NCBI GenBank assembly: GCA_963674865.2
Contig: CAXXYE010000008.1
Location: 480,001-544,000, forward strand
Direction of reading: 5' to 3'
DNA length: 64,000 nucleotides
Origin: Candidatus Hydrogenedentota bacterium
Lineage (GTDB): Bacteria; Hydrogenedentota; Hydrogenedentia; Hydrogenedentales; SLHB01
Positions 10,176-20,530 of the stretch are shown here, in pieces. Numbering within the stretch: position 1 is the stretch's first letter; each line of letters starts with the position of its first letter. Both the position numbers and the translations under genes were made by a program. The notes under the pieces were generated by a model. That model searched no databases, was not told the origin of the DNA, and saw only the letters and a list, made by a program, of their open reading frames with translations.

Positions 10176-11168
10176 GTGCGGATGGAAGCGTGTGGCTCAC
10201 AAAGACAGCCGTCGGTGAAGACTGACTACAAGCCCATCCCCCTACGGATACTCCGCACGCGCGAAGTGGCCGATTTTGACATCTACTTGAGGCCCGATGC
10301 CGGCGGCCCGTGCATTCTCTACCGCGAGCAGGATGTCTGCTTCGAGGAAGAGGATCAGGCGCGCCTGGAGGAAAGCGGCGTCGAGACGGTGTACGTCCGC
10401 GCGGCCGAGGAACGTCTGTACCGGCGCTACATCGAGCGCAATCTTGTGAGCATCCTGGACGATGCGGATGTCCAGAATGAGGAGAAGGCCGAGCTGCTCT
10501 ATGGCTCGCTTGTCTGGCTGACGGAGGACGTGATGGCCGACCCCCGCGCCGGCGACATTGTCCCCCGCAGCCGCTCCATGGTGCAGAACACGTGTAAGTT
10601 TCTCTACGAGCAGCGGGACTTCCTTCAGTACCTCATGCGCGTCACGTCGTACGATTATTACACCTACACGCACAGCGTCAATGTCTTCGTCTTCACCATG
10701 GCCTTGGGGCGGCGCGTATTCCCTAAGGAGCGCGTCAAGAACGAGTTCGGCGTGGGCGCTCTGCTTCACGATATCGGCAAGAGCATGGTTGATCCCGCCA
10801 TCATCAATTGCACCGGGAAGCTCTCCCCCGAGCAGCTCGTCATTATGAGGAAGCATCCCATCTACAGCCATGAGATTCTGGCCGAGAAGAAAGACATACA
10901 TCCCGTTTCGCTCGATATGGCGCGCCACCATCATGAGCGGATCGACGGCGACGGATATCCCGACGGGCTCCGCGGCGATGACGTCTCTCCGGAGGTCCGC
11001 GTCCTTACGATTGCGGATGTCTTCGACGCGCTGACCACACGGCGTCCATACAGGCAGTCGATGACGACGTTCCCCGCCTTGCAGCTTATGCGCGACGAGA
11101 TGGCCGGGCACATCGATCCCGAGTTTTTCCGCATGTTCGTCGAAATGATGGGGGAGCCGGACGCCTGA
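10176..11168 (+). CDS. HD-GYP domain cyclic-dinucleotide phosphodiesterase
   Basis: HSVNV, LLHDIGK, HHERIDGDGYP, IADVFDALTTRRPY motifs. Confidence 0.92.
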   Translation: MRMEACGSQRQPSVKTDYKPIPLRILRTREVADFDIYLRPDAGGPCILYREQDVCFEEEDQARLEESGVETVYVRAAEERLYRRYIERNLVSILDDADVQNEEKAELLYGSLVWLTEDVMADPRAGDIVPRSRSMVQNTCKFLYEQRDFLQYLMRVTSYDYYTYTHSVNVFVFTMALGRRVFPKERVKNEFGVGALLHDIGKSMVDPAIINCTGKLSPEQLVIMRKHPIYSHEILAEKKDIHPVSLDMARHHHERIDGDGYPDGLRGDDVSPEVRVLTIADVFDALTTRRPYRQSMTTFPALQLMRDEMAGHIDPEFFRMFVEMMGEPDA

Positions 11169-11181
11169 TTCCGGCGCACCC

Positions 11182-11988
11182 TTAGCGGGGCCGATAGGCT
11201 GCCATTGCTTCCGGTAGATAGTACTGGATGTTCTGGATACGGCTTTGCGGCGCCGGATGGGTCGAGAGGAACTGGGGGACTCTGCCGGAACCAGCTTTGT
11301 TCATGCGTTCCCAGAAGGGAATGGCCGCGCGCGGGTCGTAGCCTGCCATGGCCATCAGCGTGAGGCCTATCCGATCCGCTTCCGATTCATGCATCCGGCT
11401 GTACGGCAGAAGCACGCCCAGGCTGCTCGCCGCGCCGTAGGATTGACGGAAGATGTCCTGCGTGCGTTGGGGGCGGTCCTGCATGGCCTTTGATAGCGCT
11501 ACCTCCCCGAGTTCGAGCAATAAGGTTTGCGTCATCCGCTCATTGCCGTGACGCGCGACGGCGTGGGCGATTTCGTGCGCCATGACAACCGCCAGGCCGT
11601 CCTCGTTCTGGGTGATGGGCAGGATGCCTGTGTAGACGGCCACCTTCCCGCCGGGCATGCACCAGGCGTTGATCGTCTCGTCGTCGTCAATAACCGAGAA
11701 TTCCCACTGGTAGTACTGCGTGCTATAGCCGTGGGCGCGGAGGTATTCCTCCGTCGCTCCGGCCAGCCGCGTTCCGACGCGGTTCACGAGGTCGATCTTC
11801 GCTTGATCTTGTGAGAGCTTCGCCTCGTGCAGCACCTTGCCGTAGTTGTCCACGCTAAGTTGCACAAGCTGAAGGTCGGGCAGGAGGGTGAGTTGCCTGC
11901 GTTCCGTCACCGGAACCGTGGTACATGAGATCGCCAAGGCGATAACCACGGCCGGCAGCGCTTGATGTATACGTAGCCTTCTTTTCAT
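11182..11988 (-). CDS. M48-family zinc metallopeptidase lipoprotein
   Basis: Lipobox AISC, NAWCMPGGK, HEIAH (HExxH), E.EAD..G, FLSTHP; start trimmed to ATG 11988. Confidence 0.9.
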   Translation of the reverse strand: MKRRLRIHQALPAVVIALAISCTTVPVTERRQLTLLPDLQLVQLSVDNYGKVLHEAKLSQDQAKIDLVNRVGTRLAGATEEYLRAHGYSTQYYQWEFSVIDDDETINAWCMPGGKVAVYTGILPITQNEDGLAVVMAHEIAHAVARHGNERMTQTLLLELGEVALSKAMQDRPQRTQDIFRQSYGAASSLGVLLPYSRMHESEADRIGLTLMAMAGYDPRAAIPFWERMNKAGSGRVPQFLSTHPAPQSRIQNIQYYLPEAMAAYRPR

Positions 11989-12055
11989 AACGCTTCCCTC
12001 ACAAGCTGGCCCCCTCGGCCCGCCTCGGTTAGCGTAGAAGTCTACGCCGCACAAG

Positions 12056-14377
12056 TCAATCCCGGCCCCCCTTCTCGGAGATGGCGATCCGCTCGATGGC
12101 GTATGGGGCAACCTCGATGCGGCCAATCGAGGGATGCGAGATAACCGCGGGATCATCGCGGAAGTTGAGAGCCAGAAGATGCCCATCTTCCTGCGCGCTG
12201 AGAAATACACCTTGGGGGCGCGCCATTTCCAGGGCGACGCGTGTGGGCGGCGCCAGGGCGGGGTGCTCGAGGAGAACGGAACGCACGAAGGCCGCGTACA
12301 GTGATGGCGGCTCATCGTCGCCCCGGTATCGATGGAATGAGCCCGCGGCCACGTCGCCTCGGAGCCAGCGCTCGAACACGCCGCCGTCATCCTCAACCGT
12401 CCGCAAGCGCATGTTCAGGAAGTAAGGGAAGATGATGGTGCCGCCATTGCGCAGCCACTGGTCGATCTTCTCGAGCACGGCCTGTTCGATGGTTTCGCCC
12501 CAAACGAAGACGAGAACCTTGTACCGGTCGAGAAAACCGTCATCGATCAGGCGATCATCGAGGTAATCCACCTCGATGTGGTCGCGGACCTCTCGCGCGT
12601 AAGGGTTGAAACCCCAAGCGTTTAGGTATCGAAAGGCGTCCGACTGCAGGAAGTTCGCCGTCTGCGGATAGTAGAGCGCGACTTCGACCAGCGGATTCTG
12701 ACGGATGTCAAAGAGGTGGTAATCGCGTAGCCAGGTTTCGATGGCGGTTTGCTGGGCGCACACGTTGGGATAGTAGGTGAAGAAGTGCGCCCCGTTGTTC
12801 GTGATGCAGTTGAACGCGCGGCCGGCCACGCCCCGCGCCGTGTGCCCCATGGCCGGTTCGAAGCCGAGGGGCATATCGTACAGCCGCGCCGCCGTAGCGC
12901 CGAGGCGCGTGGCGTAGAAACACTGGTGAAAACTATCCAACTCGTTGGTAAGGCGGATGCCGCCGTCGAGCTTGAGCATGCTCTTGGCCTGGGCCGTATA
13001 GTCGGTGCCGATCTGTGTGGCCCCCCAGCCTCCCGCGGACTGATAGATCGGCGTGTTCGGCATGGCCTTGCGGGCCTCGAGCGCCCACCATTCGCACCAG
13101 CCGGACATCGAGTCCGTGTACCACGCGCAGATGTCCACCCGCTGCCGCTTGGAGATGCACTGCTGCGGAAGCAGGGGGCAGATCTCGTCATACTCCTCGA
13201 AGGCGCATTCCCAGGCCTCGTTCAGCCGTTCGATGGCGCCATACTTCTCCTTCAGCCAGCGCCGGAGGTCTTCCTGCGCGTAAGGATCTCCCGCCCACAT
13301 CCCGATGTGGATATGCATTTTCTCGCCGCTGTATCCCCAGTTGCCGCCGGCCGGATACTGGGATTCGCCGAAGTTGCCCGACGGTCCGAGGCGAACGCCT
13401 TGCAGGCACCCGCGCGGCTCGTAGTGCGCGCCGAAGGCTTGCAGAAATCGTGTGACGTGCTTCTGGTGGTACGGACTCCAGATGCTCTGGATCGAGTTGC
13501 CCAGCCCGTGCTCGAGACACACGAAGCCTACGTTCTCATCCGATTCGTAGAACCATTGCGGCAAGGTGTAGGCCGAACCGACGATGAGCAGCGGGAACCA
13601 CTTCAAGCCATGGCGCTCGAGTTCATCGACGATGGTGTCATATACGGCCCAGTCGAATTTGCCCAGTTCCGGTTCCACGTAGTTCCACCGCACGTAGCTC
13701 TCCACTGCGTTGAAGCCGAGGGCTTTGGCGAGAGGGAGCGACTCCCGAAGCTGCGGGACGCAATCGCCCGAGTAGGGCCGTGTTCCACTCAGGGCGCCGT
13801 CGGCGCTGCACACAAGCTCCATGGGGCGGCGCAGTGTTACGACGGGCGTCACCTCGCTGGGGATGCTCTCCCGCAGCTCGTCCCAGTATGCGTCGGGCAC
13901 ATCCGCGAGCACCCGCACCGCCCGGAGATGCTGGATGCCCGTCAACGTGAAGTCCGGTTTCCCCGAAGCGTCCCCGTTTCCCGGGGCCTTGTCGAAGGCG
14001 AAGGCTGCGCGGCGGTATGCGCCCGAGTTCACCCGCGTGAAGGAAACGGCCCGGCTGCTGCCGGCATATTGCCCGTTGAACTCCGGGTCGATAAGGCGTT
14101 GCGCGGCGATGATGCCTAGTCCCTGATCGAGGAATTCCACCTCGAGCACAATCTCCCCGCGTCGCCTGACTTCCGGATCGCTCAGGCGGAAGGCCCAGAC
14201 GTCCTCCGCGTAGTAGGCTCCGCCGGGGGTTCTGCGAAGCAGCGAGTCCGGCCCGTGTTGGTAGACCTCGTAATCAGGAGATGCCTCAAAGCTAAGGCCT
14301 TTCTCGCGGTTTGACTTGCCGACACTGAAAGAAGCCAGAATATGTCCGGGAACGGAAGTGCTCTCATGCTGATTCAT
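12056..14377 (-). CDS. Glycoside hydrolase, GH42/GH14-like TIM barrel
   Basis: AKALGFNAVESYVRWNYVEPELGKFDW, LPQWF, RLGPSGNFGESQYP, WLKEKYGAIERLNEAW; ATG 14377 with GAAGGA RBS. Confidence 0.75.
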   Translation of the reverse strand: MNQHESTSVPGHILASFSVGKSNREKGLSFEASPDYEVYQHGPDSLLRRTPGGAYYAEDVWAFRLSDPEVRRRGEIVLEVEFLDQGLGIIAAQRLIDPEFNGQYAGSSRAVSFTRVNSGAYRRAAFAFDKAPGNGDASGKPDFTLTGIQHLRAVRVLADVPDAYWDELRESIPSEVTPVVTLRRPMELVCSADGALSGTRPYSGDCVPQLRESLPLAKALGFNAVESYVRWNYVEPELGKFDWAVYDTIVDELERHGLKWFPLLIVGSAYTLPQWFYESDENVGFVCLEHGLGNSIQSIWSPYHQKHVTRFLQAFGAHYEPRGCLQGVRLGPSGNFGESQYPAGGNWGYSGEKMHIHIGMWAGDPYAQEDLRRWLKEKYGAIERLNEAWECAFEEYDEICPLLPQQCISKRQRVDICAWYTDSMSGWCEWWALEARKAMPNTPIYQSAGGWGATQIGTDYTAQAKSMLKLDGGIRLTNELDSFHQCFYATRLGATAARLYDMPLGFEPAMGHTARGVAGRAFNCITNNGAHFFTYYPNVCAQQTAIETWLRDYHLFDIRQNPLVEVALYYPQTANFLQSDAFRYLNAWGFNPYAREVRDHIEVDYLDDRLIDDGFLDRYKVLVFVWGETIEQAVLEKIDQWLRNGGTIIFPYFLNMRLRTVEDDGGVFERWLRGDVAAGSFHRYRGDDEPPSLYAAFVRSVLLEHPALAPPTRVALEMARPQGVFLSAQEDGHLLALNFRDDPAVISHPSIGRIEVAPYAIERIAISEKGGRD

Positions 14378-14427
14378 CGGATTTCCTTCGCGAAAGTCCT
14401 GCGCCTGGATGCCTGTTCGAGGGAGGG

Positions 14428-14456
14428 ATGGTAAAGCGGGCTTCACCCGTTGTCAA
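14428..14456 (-). promoter_or_regulatory. Putative sigma70 promoter for the GH42-like gene
   Basis: Minus strand TTGACA-17 nt-TACCAT, 50 bp upstream of the start. Confidence 0.55.
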
Positions 14457-14566
14457 CAAGAATGCCACGAGGCAGAATTTCGGCGGCCCGCGGACTCGCC
14501 TCTGTGGTATAGTTGCCTGCATCCGGAGAAAGGCGCTCCGCAACTTCCTGAAAGAACCTAGCGCGT

Positions 14567-15223
14567 ATGAAACCATCCGCAAGCAAGAACGTTCCCTCTA
14601 CCGGACAGACTGTCCGCGAAGAAGTGGCCAATAGCATCACCCATGGGCTCGGTGCGGGCCTGAGCATCGCCGGGCTGAGCGTGTTGGTGTCGCTTGCGGC
14701 GCTTCACGGCGACGCCTGGCGCGTAGTTAGCTTCAGCATCTACGGGGCCACCCTGGTGCTGCTCTATCTGGCCTCGACGTTTTACCACAGCTTCCCGTGG
14801 CCGCGAGTGAAGGGCGTGTTTCATGTCATCGACCACGCCGCCATCTACCTGCTTATTGCAGGCACGTACACGCCGTTCACGCTGGTGAGCCTGCGCGGGC
14901 CGTGGGGGTGGAGCCTCTTCGGGATCATGTGGGGCCTTGCCTTGTCGGGCATCGCGCTGAAGGTTATCTTCTTCGGGCGGGCGCGGATTTTGTCGGTAGC
15001 CGTCTACGTGGCCATGGGCTGGTTTGTGCTGGTGGCGATCAAGCCTACGCTGGGGGCCTTGTCTCCCAAGGCGCTGGCGTGGGTCGCCACGGGCGGGCTG
15101 GCCTACACCATGGGCGTCGTGTTCTATGCCTGGAAGCGCCTCCCCTTCAACCATGCGGCGTGGCATCTATTCGTCATGGGCGGCAGCATCTGCCACTTCT
15201 TCGCCATCTTGTTCTACGTGTAA
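14567..15223 (+). CDS. Hemolysin III / PAQR-family membrane protein (YqfA/TrhA-like)
   Basis: EEVANSITHG, STFYH, DHAAIYLLIAGTYTP, HAAWHLFV; 7 TM. Confidence 0.93.
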   Translation: MKPSASKNVPSTGQTVREEVANSITHGLGAGLSIAGLSVLVSLAALHGDAWRVVSFSIYGATLVLLYLASTFYHSFPWPRVKGVFHVIDHAAIYLLIAGTYTPFTLVSLRGPWGWSLFGIMWGLALSGIALKVIFFGRARILSVAVYVAMGWFVLVAIKPTLGALSPKALAWVATGGLAYTMGVVFYAWKRLPFNHAAWHLFVMGGSICHFFAILFYV

Positions 15224-15271
15224 GCGATTCAGGCTGAGTCTGGCCTGAAAGTGCGGCTCCCGGCCGCATCT

Positions 15272-16555
15272 CTAGCTGCGAGGCGCTTGGCGGATGTTCG
15301 GCAGTTTCAGGAAGAAGACGAGCGCGGCCATCACGGCGCCGACGGCGCTGGCGTAGAACACAAACGTGAAGCCTGTCAGATGCACCAGAATCATTCCCAA
15401 GACGATCACCAGCCCTCCTGGAATCGCTACTAGGGATAATGTCGTTGCGTAAACCGGGCGCTTCTCCATCGGCGCCAGCTTGAGGATGAGCACGGGCCAG
15501 GCATTCGCCAGGAGGCCGCCGCCGATAGGGCCGAGGAGGAAGACAATCGCGAAGCCCGTGCGAGAAGTGGCCTGCGATAGCAGCAACGCACTCGCGGCCA
15601 CGGAGAGCGAGGAGAGCACGAGGGCCGGTTTGGCGCCGAAGTGATCCACGAACCAACCGGCGACGGCGTGGCCTACGATTCCGCCGATGGTGAGAAGAAT
15701 GACGGGGAGCCACATGTCGGCGTCCGTCAGGTTGCAGCGGAGGATGAACACCGGCGTCATGTACGCCCCCACGAGGAAGCCCGCCGAGCGTAGTGTCCGG
15801 CCTACCAGGATCCAGCGCACTCGGGAGTCTTTCCGGATAATCGCCACGATGCCTCGGAGCGTGTCGGTAAGTGCGCCCAATCCGTGTGGGAGTTCGCGGG
15901 CCATGGGCACTTCGCGAATCCGCGTCACTACGTATAGCGAAAGGCCCAACAAACTCACTCCCACCCAACCAAGCACGACGTAGTTTGTGGGGGCCTCGAA
16001 CCGGCGATTCACCCACCACACCAAGGCGCTCGCGGCCAGGCCGATGATCGCCGCGAGGACGTTTCTAAGGCTCATCATCCGGCCCCACCATTGCTCTCGG
16101 ACGCCATTGGTGATCACGACTTGGAACACGGGAAAGCCCAGGCCGCCGAAGAAATTGCTCGCCATCCACGACGCGACAAGGAGGTAAAGCATGAAGCGAG
16201 AACTCGAAAAGAAGAACATCGCGCCCAGCGGTACCGCGAGGAACGGCAAGCGCTGCAGCACGCCGGTCTTTATGCAGTATGGTAGCTTCCATTGCCTGCC
16301 GCCCCCCATGGCCGTGCCGATGGGAGCGCCCAAGGCCACAATAACGCCGCCCAGGGAAAACAGGCCCATCCACATGGGGTCAATGCCAAGTCGGTTGAAG
16401 AGGAAGGGGATGAGCGTCGCGGGCCCCATGATCTTCGTGGCTGTGATGTACAGCGCCGCTTCCGACCCGCACACCCAGAAGTTCCACCGGTGCGTTTTCA
16501 GGGGCACGTCGTGTGCGGTAGCCTCCGGGCATTCTGTTGGTGCTTGTTTGCTCAT
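15272..16555 (-). CDS. Major facilitator superfamily transporter
   Basis: About 12 hydrophobic helices, GWFVDHFGAK MFS loop motif. Confidence 0.8.
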   Translation of the reverse strand: MSKQAPTECPEATAHDVPLKTHRWNFWVCGSEAALYITATKIMGPATLIPFLFNRLGIDPMWMGLFSLGGVIVALGAPIGTAMGGGRQWKLPYCIKTGVLQRLPFLAVPLGAMFFFSSSRFMLYLLVASWMASNFFGGLGFPVFQVVITNGVREQWWGRMMSLRNVLAAIIGLAASALVWWVNRRFEAPTNYVVLGWVGVSLLGLSLYVVTRIREVPMARELPHGLGALTDTLRGIVAIIRKDSRVRWILVGRTLRSAGFLVGAYMTPVFILRCNLTDADMWLPVILLTIGGIVGHAVAGWFVDHFGAKPALVLSSLSVAASALLLSQATSRTGFAIVFLLGPIGGGLLANAWPVLILKLAPMEKRPVYATTLSLVAIPGGLVIVLGMILVHLTGFTFVFYASAVGAVMAALVFFLKLPNIRQAPRS

Positions 16556-16786
16556 AATTTCTGAAGATTCTGGGGCCGATGGTGTTAGCCGCGTACTCTA
16601 CCGCAGCCTCGCGCACAAAACAAAGGCTGCACGCCAACGCACAGACTAGCCTTGGTGTGGTGCGTGCGTGGCTTGATTTGCTCCGGAGCGTCCAGCAGAC
16701 TTCTCCAGATACCTGAGGAGATGGCCGGGCCCGCGGCTAGAGCGCTTCCCGGGCGCGGTTTTCGCGAGAACACCAAAGGAGTAGTC

Positions 16787-19066
16787 ATGACTGCAATAAC
16801 GCTGGTGTTGATATGCGCTTCCATCATTCTTATGTTTCCCGGTGCGGCAGGCGCTCAGGAGGACGCGCCCTTTCCGCGTCCCTTGGCGCGCTCGGCTATT
16901 GCGCTCAACGCGCTGGATGATCCCATCAACGATTCCCTCCTCCTCGGCAATGGCGACCTCAACGGACTCCTCTTCGCCGAGGGCGACGACCTCGTGTTTC
17001 GCCTAACCAAGAATGATGTGTGGGATGCGCGGCTCGACGCGGCGTTGAATCCACCCCTGCCGACGCTTGCGCGCCTGAAAGAGCTGGCGGCCGGAGACTG
17101 GGAGAATCGCGAGTACATCTTGCCCGAGGGATGCGATTGGCAGCCGCCGGACGCCTATCACGCCCACCCCTATCCCTGTCCGCGCGCGTGCGGTGTGGTC
17201 CGCGTCGAAGGGGCGGGCCGGGCGCCCTTGACGGCGCGCCTCGACATCCAGCGCGCCACGGCGGACGTCGTCACCGACTATGGGCGCACCCGCTGTTACA
17301 TTGCCGCCGACGAAAACGTGCTTCTCTGGACACTGCCGCCGGACGCGCAAGTATCCTTGGAACCCATCGCCTCGGAGGACATTCCCCCCGCTCAGATCGG
17401 CGGCGAAGAGGACCTCGCCTGGCTTACGCAGTCTATCCCCGGCGACGCCGATTGGCCCGGCATGAGCTTCGCCGTGGCCTGCCTGACAAAGCGAGACCGA
17501 GCCGCCGTTGCCGTCGCTACCTCTCTGGACTCGGGCGAGCCACTCGATGCCGCGATCATGCTGGCTAAGGCGGCGCTCGGCGGGAAGCAGGAGGAACTGA
17601 CGCGCCGGCATCAGGAAACCTGGAGATCGTTCTGGGCGCAAAGCGCGGTGGAACTCACCGATGAAACCTTGGAGCACACGTGGTATAGGAGCCTTTACTT
17701 CCTGCGATGCGTCAGCAAGCCGGGCGTAGTCAGCACCGGCCTGTTCGCCGGCCTTCTTGATGACAAGCCCGCCTGGCACGGCGATTACCACACCAACTAC
17801 AACATCCAGCAAACCTTCTGGGCCGCGTACGCGGCCAACCACGTGGAATTGGCCGAGCCTTACGAGCGGCTTATCTACGATTACCTGCCGCGCGCCCGGT
17901 GGATGGCCGGCCGGATATTCAACTCTCAGGGGGCGTACTTCCCGCACGTCCTCTTCGCCTACGAGCCGCCCGATCCGGAGCGCTGCGAGGGCGCCTACGG
18001 CAGGCAGTACATCCACCACGTGTGGGGATTCACCCTCGGCGTTGCGCCCTTCACCGTGCAGCCCTTATGGTGGCGATACCAATACGCCCCGGACGCCGCC
18101 TACCTCGAATCCGTGGCCTATCCCGTGCTGCGTGATGTGGCCGTTTTCTGCGCCGATTTCATCGACACGTGCGATCGGGCCGGCGGCAAGGTCGTCCTGG
18201 GCCCGACGGTTTCCCCCGAGCACCACGGCTGGACGCCTCACCTCGAGCGAAACCGGGACGGCGCCTTCTGCATCGCCTATTTCCACTTCGCATTCGACGC
18301 CGCCATCGAAGCCGCGAGCCTTCTCGGCCGCGACGAAGAGCTTGTCGAGCGGTGGCACGCCGCGAAGGCGCTCTTGCCGGACTATCCCGTTTACGGCGCC
18401 CCGCCGGTTGTTGTCGACGTGGCCGGCGCCGAGCCTATGACCTACAACATTCCCGTGCCGGCGACGCCGGTGTTTCCGGCGGAGCAGGTAACGCGCGATT
18501 CGTCCGTGGATGTTCAGGCGTTGTTCCGTAGAACCATCGAGGGACTCGAGCACAACGGGAACAACGCGCCCGTCATGCTCGCCACGGTCCGGGCACGGCT
18601 TGCCATGTCCGACGCCTACGACTGGCTGCGTACGGAGATCGACCGCCGCACGCGGCCCAACGGCACACTCACCCTCAACCGGCTCGATTCCGGCTGCGGA
18701 TTCAACGATTTCGGACACTACACCGAAATGTTCGGGACGGCCCTGCCGATTACGGAGCTCGTGCTCCAGAGCGTGGGGGGAATTGTCCGCGTGTTTCCGG
18801 CTTGGCCGGAGCGCTTGCCCGCGCGCTTCAACCGGCTGCGCGCGGAAGGGGGCTTCCTCGTGTCCGCGTCGCAGGCCGGCGGCACGGTTGAATCGCTCAC
18901 CATCGAGAGCACGGTGGGCGGTGCGCTCCGCCTGGCGACGCCCTGGCCCGCGTGCCAAGTCGCCTCTCAAGAGGACGGGCCTTGGCGGACGCTCCCCACG
19001 GAAGAGCCGGTTATCCGCTTGGGCACACAGCCTGGGCAAGTGCTCAGCTTCCGCCCTGTTCCCTAG
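16787..19066 (+). CDS. Secreted GH95-like glycoside hydrolase (alpha-fucosidase/galactosidase-like)
   Basis: Signal peptide; LLLGNGD, WHGDYHTNYNIQQ, TVSPEH, VFPAWP, LRAEGGFLVSA; ATG 16787 with AAGGAG RBS. Confidence 0.82.
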   Translation: MTAITLVLICASIILMFPGAAGAQEDAPFPRPLARSAIALNALDDPINDSLLLGNGDLNGLLFAEGDDLVFRLTKNDVWDARLDAALNPPLPTLARLKELAAGDWENREYILPEGCDWQPPDAYHAHPYPCPRACGVVRVEGAGRAPLTARLDIQRATADVVTDYGRTRCYIAADENVLLWTLPPDAQVSLEPIASEDIPPAQIGGEEDLAWLTQSIPGDADWPGMSFAVACLTKRDRAAVAVATSLDSGEPLDAAIMLAKAALGGKQEELTRRHQETWRSFWAQSAVELTDETLEHTWYRSLYFLRCVSKPGVVSTGLFAGLLDDKPAWHGDYHTNYNIQQTFWAAYAANHVELAEPYERLIYDYLPRARWMAGRIFNSQGAYFPHVLFAYEPPDPERCEGAYGRQYIHHVWGFTLGVAPFTVQPLWWRYQYAPDAAYLESVAYPVLRDVAVFCADFIDTCDRAGGKVVLGPTVSPEHHGWTPHLERNRDGAFCIAYFHFAFDAAIEAASLLGRDEELVERWHAAKALLPDYPVYGAPPVVVDVAGAEPMTYNIPVPATPVFPAEQVTRDSSVDVQALFRRTIEGLEHNGNNAPVMLATVRARLAMSDAYDWLRTEIDRRTRPNGTLTLNRLDSGCGFNDFGHYTEMFGTALPITELVLQSVGGIVRVFPAWPERLPARFNRLRAEGGFLVSASQAGGTVESLTIESTVGGALRLATPWPACQVASQEDGPWRTLPTEEPVIRLGTQPGQVLSFRPVP

Positions 19067-19162
19067 GACTTTGGGACGCAACGTCCATCGCGTGCCGCGA
19101 ACCAAGAAGACGGAAGGGTAGCCCCCAGCGTTGTGTAGAATACTTCCCCGCGAATGTTGAAT

Positions 19163-19239
19163 TGGTGGGCGATACTGGACTTGAACCAGTGACCTCTTGC
19201 ATGTCAAGCAAGCACTCTAACCACCTGAGCTAATCGCCC
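19163..19239 (-). tRNA. tRNA-Val(GAC)
   Basis: Reverse complement GGGCGATTAGCTCAGGTGGTTAGAGTG-CTTGCTT-GAC-ATGCAAG-AGGTCACTGGTTCAAGTCCAGTATCGCCCACCA: cloverleaf, anticodon GAC, encoded CCA. Confidence 0.97.
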
Positions 19240-19252
19240 ATCCGCAGGCGAC

Positions 19253-19282
19253 AATTTAGCAGACTATTCCGCGGGTTGTCAA
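19253..19282 (-). promoter_or_regulatory. Putative sigma70 promoter of tRNA-Val
   Basis: TTGACA-18 nt-TAAATT (TG at extended -10 position) followed by a GC-rich discriminator-like stretch. Confidence 0.6.
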
Positions 19283-19299
19283 TTTCCCCCGACGCAACG

Positions 19300-20530
19300 C
19301 TAAGTGATCCCCAGTTTTGCGATAGGTGCATGAATAAGGGCCAAACACGAGTTTCCGACCTGTATACTGGCGAAAGTCGACCAAAACCGTCGTCAGCAGG
19401 AGGATTTTTCATGTTTGGCCCGAGCAAGATTATGAAGTGGTTCGACCGGAATCTGCAAGAGGTGCGACGGTCGCGACGCAAGACGCTGGCCCATATCGCG
19501 GCAGGAGCCATGAAGATGAAAGGGGTCGGCGTGTTGGCGTTGGGACGCGCCATGGATGGCCCGGCACTCGCAAAGCACCGTATTAAAAGGGTGGATCGCT
19601 TCTTAGGCAATGAGCAGGTGGAAGCCTTCGCCATTGCCAAGGCGTTGTTCAACATCCTGCGAGGCCAAGACCGACGGCCCTTGGTCCTGGTCGATTGGAC
19701 GGATCGCGGTGCCTTCGAACAACTGGTTCTCTCCATTCCCCAAGACGGCCGCTCTATGCCGTTCCACGCCATCTCCATCGATTCGACCAAATTCGGGACG
19801 GAAAGTGAAGGGGCTCTCATCCAAGCTGAACGAGAGATTCTGCGAGACCTGCACGCCATGTGTCCGCCCGGCGTGACTCCGATTATCGTGGCCGACCGGG
19901 GCTTCGGAAACGAGCGCTGGATACGCGATGTCACAAACTGGGGATGGTGCTTTGTGCAGCGTCTGTCCAAGAATCATTGGGTCGAAACCGAGCACCACAT
20001 CGGCACCCTCCCCGAACTGGGGATACGGCGAGGCTATCGCCCCAAAGACTGGGGCTGGGGCACGATGGGAGAAAAGGACGCCGACAACAAGACGCCCTTT
20101 CGGCTGGTCACCGTCTTCGGTTGGGAGGCCGACGAGCCGTGGTATCTCATTACAAACATTGAAGATCGCGAGGCCCGGGCCATCACATCCATCTACGCGA
20201 AGCGCTGGTGGACTGAAATGATGTTTCGAGATCTGAAGAACCGCAAATGGGGGCTCGGCATGGACGAAGTGAAACTCACCTCCCGCCAGCGCACCGCTGT
20301 GCACTTCATCATCGTCATGCTTGCCTTCATTCTTCTGTGCGCCTTCGGCGCCTTCGCCGAAACCAAAGACTTCGGCGAACAACTCAAAGCAAACACCGCC
20401 GAGAACAGAGCCCTCTCCCTCGCCGCCACAGGAAACCACTTCATCGAATTCATCGGACGAACCACCGTTGCTATGGCCATCGCTAGATTGGTCTACGCAC
20501 CTACATAGAACCAAACTGGGGAGTACTCAG
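19300..20530 (+). mobile_element. IS4-family (IS10-like) insertion sequence, 1231 bp
   Basis: Imperfect 18-bp terminal IRs CTAAGTGATCCCCAGTTT (19300-19317) and CTGAGTACTCCCCAGTTT (rc of 20513-20530); 9-bp direct repeat GACGCAACG at 19291-19299 and 20531-20539. Confidence 0.93.
19411..20508 (+). CDS. IS4-family DDE transposase
   Basis: LVDWT, IVADRGF, YAKRWWTEMMFRDLK (Y-x2-R-x3-E-x6-K signature); AGGAGG RBS before ATG 19411. Confidence 0.93.
   Translation: MFGPSKIMKWFDRNLQEVRRSRRKTLAHIAAGAMKMKGVGVLALGRAMDGPALAKHRIKRVDRFLGNEQVEAFAIAKALFNILRGQDRRPLVLVDWTDRGAFEQLVLSIPQDGRSMPFHAISIDSTKFGTESEGALIQAEREILRDLHAMCPPGVTPIIVADRGFGNERWIRDVTNWGWCFVQRLSKNHWVETEHHIGTLPELGIRRGYRPKDWGWGTMGEKDADNKTPFRLVTVFGWEADEPWYLITNIEDREARAITSIYAKRWWTEMMFRDLKNRKWGLGMDEVKLTSRQRTAVHFIIVMLAFILLCAFGAFAETKDFGEQLKANTAENRALSLAATGNHFIEFIGRTTVAMAIARLVYAPT

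Noticed and set aside
14567..15223. Hemolysin III as a virulence toxin
   Set aside because: The family is a widespread PAQR-type membrane homeostasis protein; the name alone does not imply toxicity.
19163..19239. tRNA-Val as an integration site for a prophage or genomic island
   Set aside because: No duplicated tRNA 3' end and no integrase seen; only the IS upstream.
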